Source: Actinomycetota bacterium (GTDB lineage: Bacteria > Actinomycetota > CADDZG01 > WHSQ01). Taken from it: a stretch of DNA of 64,000 nt. Both the position numbers and the translations under genes were made by a program. Under the pieces are notes generated by a model. That model was not told the DNA's origin and made no database searches. It saw only the letters and a list, made by a program, of their open reading frames with translations. How positions within the stretch are numbered: position 1 is the stretch's first letter; the number at the start of each line of letters is the position of its first letter. Location: NCBI GenBank assembly GCA_036260375.1, contig DASZZZ010000065.1:1675-65674 (forward strand). Direction: 5' to 3'. Of this stretch, positions 1-8,369 are shown piece by piece.

Positions 1-176
1 CCGAGCGTCACGGGGGCGTTGACGATGTCGGTGACCTGCAGGTTCGGCAGGTCGGGGACGAGCTTGAACGTGATCGGGGCGAGCGGGTCGTCGGGCGTGC
101 CGGACGGCTCGATGCGCAGCGACGCGGCGAGCGCCCTGAGCTGCGACAGGATCGTCGGCGCGGTCTCGGTCGTCAC
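1..176 (-). CDS. hypothetical protein, N-terminal part (gene continues beyond the left edge)
   Basis: Minus-strand reading frame runs off the window. GTG at 174-176 is preceded by AAGGAGG 6 nt upstream. Nearly every codon ends in G/C. N-terminus reads VTTETAPTILSQLRALAASLRIEPSGTPDD... No family recognised. Confidence 0.55.
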   Translation of the reverse strand, partial: MTTETAPTILSQLRALAASLRIEPSGTPDDPLAPITFKLVPDLPNLQVTDIVNAPVTL

Positions 177-210
177 GTAGGTCCTCCTTGCCGGTACGGG
201 GGTGTCGGGA

Positions 211-438
211 TCAGGCCTGCGACGTCAGGTACATCTCGTCGCCGGAGCTGACGAGACGGTCGCCGACCGCGACGTCGATCCTGTTCTCGCCGCCATGCGT
301 GAAGCGCGCCGTCATCGTCCCGGCGGACGAGAACGACGCCTCCCAGCCGTAGTCCCTGATGGCGAACGTGTGCGGCGGGAGCTCGAGCATGGTGACCGAG
401 CGCTTGTTGATCCACACGACGGGCGTGGCACGAGGCAA
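211..438 (-). CDS. hypothetical small protein (75 aa)
   Basis: Track ORF with a TTG start and AGAAGGGA 7 nt upstream. Composition is normal, unlike the Arg-rich overlapping frames. Its stop lies 34 nt before the next minus-strand start, so the two are probably co-transcribed. No family recognised. Confidence 0.55.
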   Translation of the reverse strand: MPRATPVVWINKRSVTMLELPPHTFAIRDYGWEASFSSAGTMTARFTHGGENRIDVAVGDRLVSSGDEMYLTSQA

Positions 439-640
439 TTGTCTGTCCCTTCTCTTTGGGGCCGGCGGTCCGCGCGGGCCGGAGGACGTGCGACCGCTCC
501 GCGGAGGCCGTTCGGCCGGCGGCGGACGGGTGAGCGAGCGAGCTTACATGCGCTTTACTAACTGGCCTGACAGCACCGCGCGACGGCCGGCGACACGTGC
601 GCGCGTCGCCGGGGCGGGGGGCGCGGGGGGCCGGGCGCGA

Positions 641-670
641 CGAAGGGGCGGCCGGCCGACCGCCCCTTCG
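641..670. terminator. GC-rich perfect hairpin (11-bp stem, 8-nt loop), possible U-tract-less terminator
   Basis: CGAAGGGGCGG (641-651) pairs with CCGCCCCTTCG (660-670). It lies about 100 nt downstream of the small minus-strand ORF 771-857. Neither strand has a T-run. Confidence 0.4.
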
Positions 671-770
671 CGCCTTCCGCGCGATCGGAGTCGCTAGGAG
701 ATGCGCTCCTCGTCGCGAGGCCGGCCGGCGGGCATCGCCGCGTCTGCGGCGATGGCGCCGATGCGGGACG

Positions 771-857
771 TCAGTCCCACGGGAACCCGAAGCTGGCGCC
801 GGCTGCGAGCCACAGCGCGGCGACGGTTGCCGCGAACGCGTACGCGCGCGTCCTCAT
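771..857 (-). CDS. candidate secreted pro-peptide (28 aa), MRTRAYAFAATVAALWLAAGASFGFPWD
   Basis: Not in the ORF track because it is under 60 aa. ATG at 855-857 has AGAGGGGGGA 6 nt upstream. 25 of 27 codons end in G/C. The product has a basic n-region, a hydrophobic core, an A-G-A motif and then a 7-residue tail. An in-frame upstream ATG at 929 would give 52 aa, but that stretch has poorer GC3 and an SD too close to the ATG. Confidence 0.4.
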   Translation of the reverse strand: MRTRAYAFAATVAALWLAAGASFGFPWD

Positions 858-1150
858 GGTCGATCCCCCCTCTGCGCAGGTCCTCGTCGGTGATGCCAGG
901 TCACTCCCACGGCGACGTCTGTTGCCCATCACCTCCCTCCCCATCCTTCCCCACGGCCCGCGTACGGGCGGTCGTCCGCGTCCTCGACGAGCGGGCTCGC
1001 TCGGGCAAGCGACTCGTCTAGCAAGAAGCTAACGAAGATGCTAAAGAAATGCCACCGCCGTCCCCAAACTTTGACGACCCTGTTCCTTTCGCCGGGTGGG
1101 CCGTGTGGGTACACTCCCGGCAGGACGGACGTGGGGACGGGAGACGGCCT

Positions 1151-2431
1151 ATGACGCTCGGCGAGCGCCTCCGGCGGATGCGCGTGGCACAGGGGATGAC
1201 TCAACGCGACCTCGCGTCGCCACGCTATACGGCAGCCCATGTGAGCACGGTCGAGTCGGGCCGCCGGCAGCCGTCCCCCGAGGCGCTGCAGTTCTTCGCG
1301 CGCAAGCTCGGCGTCACGGCCGACGAGATCGCGTCGGGACGCTCGCCCGAGATGGTCACGTCGCTCCGCGAGGAGCTCGTCAAGGCGCGGCGCGCGGTGT
1401 CGTCGGGGCGCGTCGGCGAGGCGCGCGAGGCGTACGGCAGCATCACGCGCCGCGCCGCACGCCACCGTCTGACCGACATCCGCACGAGCGGCGAGCTCGG
1501 CCTCGCGCTGTGCAGCCTGCGCGCGGGCGACGTCGGCGACGCCCTGCAGACCTACGAACGCATCGAACGACGGCTCGCCGACGAGCCCGTCGGGACGCGC
1601 GTCGACGCGATCGTCGGCAAGGCGGCGTGCCTGCGACGGATGGGCGAGGTGCAGCACGCGATCTTCGTGCTCGAGGGCGTGCGCGACGAGCTGCTCGCGG
1701 CAAAGACGCGCGACCGCTCCGCGCTGTTCAAGATCCACGCCGCGCTGGTTGCGCCGTACTTCGAGGCGGGCGTGCTCGGCCGTGCGCGCGATGCCGCGAC
1801 GCGCGCCGTCGACCTCTCGTCGCGTCGCGACGACCCGGAGCATCTCGGGCTCGTGCACCTGTACGCGGGGCGAACGCACCTCTCCGAACGCGACTTCGAC
1901 GCCGCGTGCGAGTCGTTTCGCACTGCGCGCGACTACTTCGAGAGCGCGGACCTCCAAGTCGAGGTCGGGCGCGCCCACCTCGCACTGGGGTTCGCGCTCG
2001 TACGCGAGGGGCGGACCGACGGGGCGCGCGCGGAGCTCGATCGCGCGAGCGAGATCTTCCGCACGACCGACAGCTCGCTCGACGAGGCTCGCACGCTCAC
2101 CGAGATCGCGAAGCTCGCACGCGCCGAGGGCCGCGTGGACGACGCCGTGACGGTGCTGCGGCGCGCCGTCGAGCTGCTCGACTCCTCCGTCGACGTGACG
2201 GAGCTGGCGGGCGCGCACCAGGAGCTTGGCGACGCGCTCCTGGACACGGAGCCGGACAAGGCGGAGAAGCACTTGCGCAAGGCCGTCGCGCTGTACGAGA
2301 AGACGGGAGCGAACATCCAGCTCGCCCACACGAGGCTGCTGCTCGGCGAGATCTTCCAGCGCCGGGGCGACGTACAGGCTGCGTGCGACCAGTTGAGGGC
2401 CGGAGTAGCGTTCCTCGACTACCGCAGCTGA
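1151..2431 (+). CDS. XRE-family HTH transcriptional regulator with C-terminal TPR-like repeat domain (426 aa)
   Basis: The N-terminus LGERLRRMRVAQGMTQRDLA...HVSTVESGRRQPS is a classic HTH_3/XRE motif. The rest is all-helical, Ala/Leu/Arg-rich and repeats every ~34-40 aa (TPR-like). I chose the ATG at 1151 (MTLGERL) over the track start at 1049. Confidence 0.85.
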   Translation: MTLGERLRRMRVAQGMTQRDLASPRYTAAHVSTVESGRRQPSPEALQFFARKLGVTADEIASGRSPEMVTSLREELVKARRAVSSGRVGEAREAYGSITRRAARHRLTDIRTSGELGLALCSLRAGDVGDALQTYERIERRLADEPVGTRVDAIVGKAACLRRMGEVQHAIFVLEGVRDELLAAKTRDRSALFKIHAALVAPYFEAGVLGRARDAATRAVDLSSRRDDPEHLGLVHLYAGRTHLSERDFDAACESFRTARDYFESADLQVEVGRAHLALGFALVREGRTDGARAELDRASEIFRTTDSSLDEARTLTEIAKLARAEGRVDDAVTVLRRAVELLDSSVDVTELAGAHQELGDALLDTEPDKAEKHLRKAVALYEKTGANIQLAHTRLLLGEIFQRRGDVQAACDQLRAGVAFLDYRS

Positions 2432-2503
2432 CCGTCTCGCGAGTCGATCGAGCGACGCGCGCCGGCGCACGGAGGCGGGGCCGCGGGCGGGCGAACGTTC
2501 CAG

Positions 2504-3871
2504 TTACGCGAAGCCGAAGCGTTCGTAGTGGACGCGTGACTCGGGCACGCCCTTGGCCAGCAGCTGCGTCCTCAGGTTGTCGATCATCGCCGGCGGACCG
2601 CAGATCAGGACGTCGGCGTCGAGGCCGCTGTCGCGCTCGATCCAGTCGGCGGTGACGAACCCGACCTCGTCCTCGGGGGCCGGGACGACCCGCAGGTGCT
2701 CGGTGCGCCGCGCGAGCTCCTCGAGGTCGCCGAGGAAGTACGCCTCGGCCCTCGTCTTCGCGCCGTAGTACAGGTCGACGTCGTACGAGCCGTCGAGGCT
2801 GCGCGCCATGCTGAGGAACGGCGTGATGCCGATGCCGCCGGCGACCCACACCTGGCGGCGGTTCGCGACCTTGGTGTGGGAGAAGTCGCCGTAGGGCCCC
2901 TCGATGCGGGCCCACGCCCCCGCCCGGAGGTGATGGAGCGCAGCGGTGAAGTCGCCCACCGCCTTCACCGCGATGCCGAGCCGCTCGTCGCCCGGCGCCG
3001 ACGTGATGGAGAACGGGTGGTACTGGTCGCGCGCGTCGCCGGGTCTCAGGGTCACGAGCGCGGTCGAGCCCTGCGACGCGACGGAGACGGGATGGAAGCG
3101 CGCGTCGAGCTCGTCGGAGTAGAAGGTGACGAACACGAACTGGCCCGGCACGAAGCGGAGCCCGCCGTCCTGTGGCGCCATCGCGATCTCGACCACGGAC
3201 GGGTCGAGCTCGCGCACGGACGTCACGCGGTAGTCGCGGCGCCGTACGAGCAGGTTGCCGAACACCGACCGGTAGCCCCACGCCGCGACCGCCGTCAGCG
3301 CGGCGACGGCGAGGAAGACGGTCAGCGCGCGCGACGACGACTTCGCCCCCGGCGTCGTGAAGACGTGGTACGCCGCGATCGCGAAGAACACGCCGAACGA
3401 ACGCTGGACGTAGACGAACAGCTCGTGGCTCAGGCGCGCGTAGAGCGTGAGCGCGAGCGCGACCGCCATGCCCCCGAACGCGACGATCCCCGCCCACACC
3501 GTCCATCCCGCCGACGGCGTGAACAACGAGACCGCGCTCGACGGCGACGACGCCGCGCGCCCGGCGACGACGAACACGACGTGCACCAGCACGAGCACGA
3601 ACGCGACGCGGCCGTTCCGGCGGTGCAGCGCGTACATTCGCTCAAGCCCGCCGAACAACGCCGTCACCGATCGCAGCCGCGCCCCGAGCAGCAGGTTCGC
3701 CGCGTACGCGGTCGCGCCGGCGAGACCGCACGCGACGCCGATCGTGGTGAGCGAACGCGCGGCCCCCGCGACGCGCTCGTCGAGCGGAACCGAGGCCAGC
3801 CACAGGACGACCGGCGCGGCGTAGAGCGCCGCGAGGAGCGCCACCCCCCGGAGTGCGACTCGAGTCTTCAT
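2504..3871 (-). CDS. ferric reductase-like transmembrane protein fused to FAD-/NAD(P)-binding domains (NOX/FRE-type oxidoreductase)
   Basis: The N-terminal half has six hydrophobic segments with paired His (YALHRRNG..LVLVHVV, AAYHVF). The C-terminal half is FNR-like with HPFSITS (FAD), GGIGITPF (NAD(P)H) and a C-terminal ERFGF. Confidence 0.85.
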   Translation of the reverse strand: MKTRVALRGVALLAALYAAPVVLWLASVPLDERVAGAARSLTTIGVACGLAGATAYAANLLLGARLRSVTALFGGLERMYALHRRNGRVAFVLVLVHVVFVVAGRAASSPSSAVSLFTPSAGWTVWAGIVAFGGMAVALALTLYARLSHELFVYVQRSFGVFFAIAAYHVFTTPGAKSSSRALTVFLAVAALTAVAAWGYRSVFGNLLVRRRDYRVTSVRELDPSVVEIAMAPQDGGLRFVPGQFVFVTFYSDELDARFHPVSVASQGSTALVTLRPGDARDQYHPFSITSAPGDERLGIAVKAVGDFTAALHHLRAGAWARIEGPYGDFSHTKVANRRQVWVAGGIGITPFLSMARSLDGSYDVDLYYGAKTRAEAYFLGDLEELARRTEHLRVVPAPEDEVGFVTADWIERDSGLDADVLICGPPAMIDNLRTQLLAKGVPESRVHYERFGFA

Positions 3872-3996
3872 CGCCGCGCAGTGTCGCGCCTCGCCCGGAC
3901 GACGAATCGCTCCGCGACCCGGCGGGTATGCATCGCGCGGCCCAGCCCGGCCGGCCGCCCACGGCGGCCGTCCTACGGAGCGAGGAGGTTCGTCCC

Positions 3997-4509
3997 ATGA
4001 CCCACCGCAAGGACGACGACCGGGGCTCGTGGCTGGCGACGGTGACGGCGTTCGCCGGCGGCGCCCTCGCGATGTTCCTGTTCGACCCGCAGCGCGGACG
4101 CACGCGTCGCGCTCGCATCGGCGACAAGGCGACCAAGCTCGTCAACCGCTCGTCGCAGAAGACGGCGCGCGCTGGCCGTCGCGTCGCGTCGCAGGCGTAC
4201 GGCGCAAAGCAGAAGGCCGCGCACGCCGGCGACGAGCAGACGCTGCCGCCCAACGACCAGGCGCTTGCGGCGAAGGTCGAGAGCGAAGTCCTGAGCCGCG
4301 GCCGCTTCCCGAAGGGGCGCGTCAGCGTCAACGCCGAGGACGGCATCGTCGTGCTGCGCGGCGAGCTCGACGACCCCGCGCAGATCGCCGACCTGGAGCA
4401 GCGCGTGCGCAAGGTCACCGGCGTGCTCGACGTCCAGAACCTGCTACACCTGCCGGGCGAGCCGGCGCCCAACAAGGAGGACGCGCTGCGGGCGACGAGG
4501 CAGCAGTAG
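3997..4509 (+). CDS. BON domain-containing membrane-associated protein
   Basis: ATG at 3997 follows GAGGAGG. One N-terminal TM segment (WLATVTAFAGGALAMFLF). The C-terminal part VSVNAEDGIVVLRGELDDPAQIADLEQRVRKVTGVLDVQN is BON-like. Confidence 0.75.
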   Translation: MTHRKDDDRGSWLATVTAFAGGALAMFLFDPQRGRTRRARIGDKATKLVNRSSQKTARAGRRVASQAYGAKQKAAHAGDEQTLPPNDQALAAKVESEVLSRGRFPKGRVSVNAEDGIVVLRGELDDPAQIADLEQRVRKVTGVLDVQNLLHLPGEPAPNKEDALRATRQQ

Positions 4510-4573
4510 CGAAGACGAGGCGGAGCGCGCCGCGCGACCGCCGCGACCCCGGAAGAAACGGAGTGACGACGAC

Positions 4574-5335
4574 GTGGACCGCAAGGCGATAGTCACGGGC
4601 TCGGACTCGGGAATCGGCAAGGCGACCGCGGTGGCGCTCGCGCACGCCGGCTACGACGTCGGCGTCACGTGGCACCGCGACCGCGCCGGGGCCGAGGACG
4701 CCGCCGACGAGATCCGCGCCGCGGGACGCAAGGCCGAGGTCCGCCGGCTCGACGTCGCCGACCCGGCCGGCGCCGCCGCGACGATCGACGAGCAGATCGA
4801 CGCGCTCGGTGGCATCGACGTGCTCGTCAACAACGCGGGCACCAACCTCCTGAAGCCGTTCCTGGAGCAGACGCTGGAGGACTGGCGACGCGTGCTCGAC
4901 GTCGACCTCACCGGCGCGTTCGTGTGCGCGCAGGTCGCGGCGCGTCGCATGGTCGATGCGGGCCGCGGCGGGCGCGTCGTCAACGTCACGTCCGTCCACG
5001 AGCACGTCCCGCTGCGCGGCGCGGCCGGGTACTGCGCCGCAAAGGGAGGGCTGGGCCTGCTGACGAAGGTCATGGCGCTGGAGCTCGCCGCGCACGGCAT
5101 CACGGTCAACTCGATCGCGCCCGGCGAGATCGCGACGCCCATGACCGGCGGGCACGAGGTCGACCCGACGAAGGTCGAGCGGCCCGGCATCCCCGCGGGA
5201 CGTCCCGGAAGCGCGTTCGAGATCGCGTCGGCGATCGTGTTCCTCGCGTCGCCCGAGGCGTCGTACGTGTCCGGCTCGTCGTTCGTCGTCGACGGCGGCC
5301 TGATGCTGATGGCGGCCGAGCGCAACGACACGTAG
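4574..5335 (+). CDS. SDR-family oxidoreductase
   Basis: TGSDSGIGKA (TGxxxGIG), NNAG, and YxxxK (YCAAKGG) with an upstream Ser. 253 aa. Confidence 0.9.
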   Translation: MDRKAIVTGSDSGIGKATAVALAHAGYDVGVTWHRDRAGAEDAADEIRAAGRKAEVRRLDVADPAGAAATIDEQIDALGGIDVLVNNAGTNLLKPFLEQTLEDWRRVLDVDLTGAFVCAQVAARRMVDAGRGGRVVNVTSVHEHVPLRGAAGYCAAKGGLGLLTKVMALELAAHGITVNSIAPGEIATPMTGGHEVDPTKVERPGIPAGRPGSAFEIASAIVFLASPEASYVSGSSFVVDGGLMLMAAERNDT

Positions 5336-5383
5336 CCGCGCGGTACCTTGGCGCGTCCTGTCAGGCCTGCGAGAGGGGCGCGC

Positions 5384-6781
5384 ATGACCGAGCGGCTCGT
5401 CGTCATCGGGGGCGACGCCGCGGGGATGAGCGCGGCGTCGCAGGCGCGCCGCCGCCGTGCGCCGGACGACCTCGAGATCGTCGCGTTCGAGCGCGGTCGC
5501 TTCACGTCGTACTCGGCGTGCGGCATCCCGTACTTCGTCGGTGGCGACGTGCCGCGCCTCGAGTCGCTCGTGATGCGCTCTCCCGAGCGGTTTCGCGACC
5601 GCTATGCGATCGACGCGCGTACGCGCCACGAGGCCATCGAGATCGACCTCGGCCGGCGCGCCGTGAGAGTGCGCGGCCCCGAGGGAGACGAGTCGTGGAC
5701 GGCGTTCGATCAGCTCGTCGTCGCGACCGGAGCGCAACCCGTCCGCCCGCCGCTGCCCAACGCCGACGCTCGCAACGTCTTCGGCGTCCAGACGCTCGAG
5801 CACGGCATCGCCATCGCGGAGGCGCTCGACGACGTCGCGCCGGAGTCCGCCGTCGTCGTGGGCGGGGGCTACATCGGTCTCGAGATGGCCGAGGCGTTCG
5901 TCAAGCGAGGTCTGCGCGTCGCCCTCGTCGAGGCCGCCGCGCAGCCGATGTCGACGCTCGACCCCGACATGGGCGGGCTCGTCACCGACGCGTTGACGGA
6001 CATGGGCATCGACGTCCACCTCGGCGAGCGCGTCGAGGGCTTCGAGACGCGCGGAGGCGCGGTCTGCGCGGTCGTCACCGAACAGCGCACGCTGCCGGCC
6101 GACGTCGTCGTGTTGGGCCTCGGCGTGCGTCCCAACGTCGCGCTCGCCGAGGCGGCGGGCATCCCGATCGGCCCGAGCGGCGCGATCGCGGTCGACCGCC
6201 GCATGCGGACGCGCGTCGACGGCGTATGGGCCGCCGGCGACTGTGCGGAGAAGTTCCACCGCGTCGCGCGCAAGCCCGTGGCGATCGCGCTCGGCACGCA
6301 TGCGAACAAGGAGGGCCGTGTCGCGGGCGTCAACATCGGCGGCGACTACGCGACGTTCCCCGGCGTGCTCGGAACCGCGGTGTCGAAGTTCTGTGCGATC
6401 GAGGTCGGCCGCACGGGGCTGCGCGAGGCCGAGGCTCTGGGCGCGGGCTTCTCGCCTCTTGGAGTCGTCGTGGAGTCGACGACGCGCGCGTCCTATTACC
6501 CCGGCGGCACGCGCATCGACGTCAAGCTCGTCGTCGAGCAGTCGTCGGGGCGCCTGCTCGGCGCGCAGATCGTGGGCCGTGAGGGCGCCGCGAAGCGCAT
6601 CGACGTGCTCGCGACGGCGCTGTGGGCGGAGATGAGCGTCGACGAGATCCTCAACCTCGACCTGTCGTACGCGCCGCCGTTCTCTCCGGTGTGGGACCCG
6701 GTGCTGATCGCGGCGCGCAAGGCGTGGGCGCGCGTCGAGGAGGTCCGGGACGGGCGCCCGCCGGCGCGCGCCGACGCGTAG
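5384..6781 (+). CDS. pyridine nucleotide-disulfide oxidoreductase, CoA-disulfide reductase / NADH oxidase family
   Basis: VVIGGDAAG FAD motif, single redox Cys context YSACGIPY, second dinucleotide motif VVGGGYIGLE, and GDCA. Start moved to ATG 5384 (MTERLVVIGG). Confidence 0.85.
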   Translation: MTERLVVIGGDAAGMSAASQARRRRAPDDLEIVAFERGRFTSYSACGIPYFVGGDVPRLESLVMRSPERFRDRYAIDARTRHEAIEIDLGRRAVRVRGPEGDESWTAFDQLVVATGAQPVRPPLPNADARNVFGVQTLEHGIAIAEALDDVAPESAVVVGGGYIGLEMAEAFVKRGLRVALVEAAAQPMSTLDPDMGGLVTDALTDMGIDVHLGERVEGFETRGGAVCAVVTEQRTLPADVVVLGLGVRPNVALAEAAGIPIGPSGAIAVDRRMRTRVDGVWAAGDCAEKFHRVARKPVAIALGTHANKEGRVAGVNIGGDYATFPGVLGTAVSKFCAIEVGRTGLREAEALGAGFSPLGVVVESTTRASYYPGGTRIDVKLVVEQSSGRLLGAQIVGREGAAKRIDVLATALWAEMSVDEILNLDLSYAPPFSPVWDPVLIAARKAWARVEEVRDGRPPARADA

Positions 6782-6790
6782 GATGCGGCC

Positions 6791-7564
6791 GTGGATGCGC
6801 TCGCACTGCTCGACGTCGCGGTGGAGGCCGCGCACCGCGCCGGCGCGCTGCTGTTGGAGCGGTTCGCCGCGCCGGCGACGGGCATCGAGACGAAGACGTC
6901 GCCCACCGACGTGGTCAGCGACGCGGACCGCGCGTCGGAGCGGCTGCTCATGGACCTGCTCGCGTCGGAGCGGCCCGACGACGGCGTCGTCGGGGAGGAG
7001 GGCGCACGGCGTCCGTCGCGCTCGGGCGTGCGCTGGGTCGTCGACCCCCTCGACGGCACGGTGAACTACCTCTACGGCATCCCGGCGTGGTGCGTGTCGA
7101 TCGCGGCCGAGGACGACGACGGCGGCGTCGCGGGCGTCGTCTTCGACCCGTCGCGCGACGAGACGTTCGCCGCCGCGCGCGGTCACGGCGCGCGCCTCAA
7201 CGGCACCGAGGTGCGCGTGTCCGAGCGCACCGAGTTGTCGGCCGCGCTCGTCGCCACGGGCTTCGGCTACGACGCCGGCCTGCGGGCGGCTCAGGGACAA
7301 GTCGTCGCGCGCGTGCTGCCGCGTGTGCGCGACGTCCGCCGCGGGGGCTCCGCGGCTCTCGACCTCGTCTCGGTCGCGTGCGGACGGGTCGACGCGTTCT
7401 ACGAGGCGCACATGAACCCGTGGGACCGCGCCGCCGGGCAGCTCGTGGTGCGCGAAGCGGGCGGCGTCGTCACGGAGCTGCGCGACCCGACCGGCGTCAG
7501 CGACGGCGTCGTCGCCGGCCCCCGCGCGCTGCACGACCGCCTGCGCGTGCTCGTCGACCCGTAG
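6791..7564 (+). CDS. inositol monophosphatase family protein
   Basis: DVVSDADRASE, WVVDPLDGTVNY and GSAALDL motifs of the IMPase/SuhB family. GTG start. Confidence 0.9.
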   Translation: MDALALLDVAVEAAHRAGALLLERFAAPATGIETKTSPTDVVSDADRASERLLMDLLASERPDDGVVGEEGARRPSRSGVRWVVDPLDGTVNYLYGIPAWCVSIAAEDDDGGVAGVVFDPSRDETFAAARGHGARLNGTEVRVSERTELSAALVATGFGYDAGLRAAQGQVVARVLPRVRDVRRGGSAALDLVSVACGRVDAFYEAHMNPWDRAAGQLVVREAGGVVTELRDPTGVSDGVVAGPRALHDRLRVLVDP

Positions 7565-7590
7565 CGCGCAGCGCGCGATAGGTTGCGCGC

Positions 7591-8241
7591 ATGGAGCTCG
7601 TGCATCCGTCGGTGCGCCGCTACCTCGAGGACCTCGCAGACGTCGACGACGAGCCCGTGCTCGTCGAGATGGAGGAGCTCGCGGAGCGCGAGGGGTTCCC
7701 GATCATCGGGCGCCTGTGCGGACGCTTGCTCGAGGTGCTCGCGCGGACGGCGTCGGCGCGGCGCGTCTTCGAGCTCGGGTCCGGCTTCGGCTATTCGGCC
7801 TACTGGTTCTCGCGCGCGACCGGGCCCGAGGGGGAGATCCACCTCACCGACACGGACGCGGACAACGAGCGGCGCGCGCTCGACTTCCTCGGCCGCGCGG
7901 GGCTGGACGGACCGATCCGCTACCATGTCGGCGACGCGTTCGAGGTCCTCGACCGCGTCGACGGCGAGTTCGACGTCGTCTATTGCGACGTCGACAAGAA
8001 CGACTACCCGCGCGCGTGGCGCGCCGCGCGCGAGCGCGTGCGCGTCGGGGGTCTCTACCTGTGCGACAACATGCTGTGGGCCGGGCGCGTCACGGGCGAC
8101 GCCGATGCGCCGCCGGACCCGTACGAGGGCTGGACCGAGGCGGTCGACTCCACGAACCGCGACGTCGAGGCCGATCCGGACTTCCGTTCGATCGTCGTGC
8201 CGCTGCGAGACGGCGTCGTCGCCGCCGTGCGCGTGCGCTGA
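7591..8241 (+). CDS. class I SAM-dependent O-methyltransferase (family 3, caffeoyl-CoA OMT-like)
   Basis: [14 protein letters not shown] motif, D..D acidic loop (YCDVDKNDY), and length and layout typical of OMT family 3. Confidence 0.8.
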   Translation: MELVHPSVRRYLEDLADVDDEPVLVEMEELAEREGFPIIGRLCGRLLEVLARTASARRVFELGSGFGYSAYWFSRATGPEGEIHLTDTDADNERRALDFLGRAGLDGPIRYHVGDAFEVLDRVDGEFDVVYCDVDKNDYPRAWRAARERVRVGGLYLCDNMLWAGRVTGDADAPPDPYEGWTEAVDSTNRDVEADPDFRSIVVPLRDGVVAAVRVR

Positions 8242-8369
8242 GGCGACGGCGGGGTCCGCGGCGACGCGCGGCGCCGGCGCGTGCGCCCGCCGGGAAGGTT
8301 TTGGCCGCCGCCGCGTTGGTGTAGGCGCCGGCCCGTCCGGCCCCCGAACCGCCGAGCCGAGGAGATCGA

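Noticed and set aside
439-640. Riboswitch or ncRNA in the long 5' region of the minus-strand gene 211-438
   Set aside because: The region is GC-rich with a short AT-rich patch (about 545-575) that may hold a promoter. I could not match any riboswitch consensus I know (ZTP, SAM, ykkC, cyclic-di-NMP) by eye. It needs an Infernal scan.
858-929. 52-aa extended version of the small pro-peptide ORF (ATG at 927-929)
   Set aside because: The extra 24 codons have clearly poorer GC3 (16/23). The GGAGG sits only 2 nt from that ATG. The internal ATG at 857 has a well-spaced SD. This is kept as an alternative only.
929-2470. 513-aa minus-strand ORF antisense to the HTH-TPR regulator
   Set aside because: The composition is Arg/Ala/Leu/Glu-rich, mirroring the sense gene. 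The plus-strand frame carries the unmistakable XRE HTH.
4415-7534. 1039-aa minus-strand ORF spanning the SDR, CoADR-like and IMPase genes
   Set aside because: It is extremely Arg/Ala/Gly/Asp-rich with no recognisable motifs. It is antisense to three ORFs with clear family signatures. This is a typical stop-free shadow frame of about 70% GC DNA.
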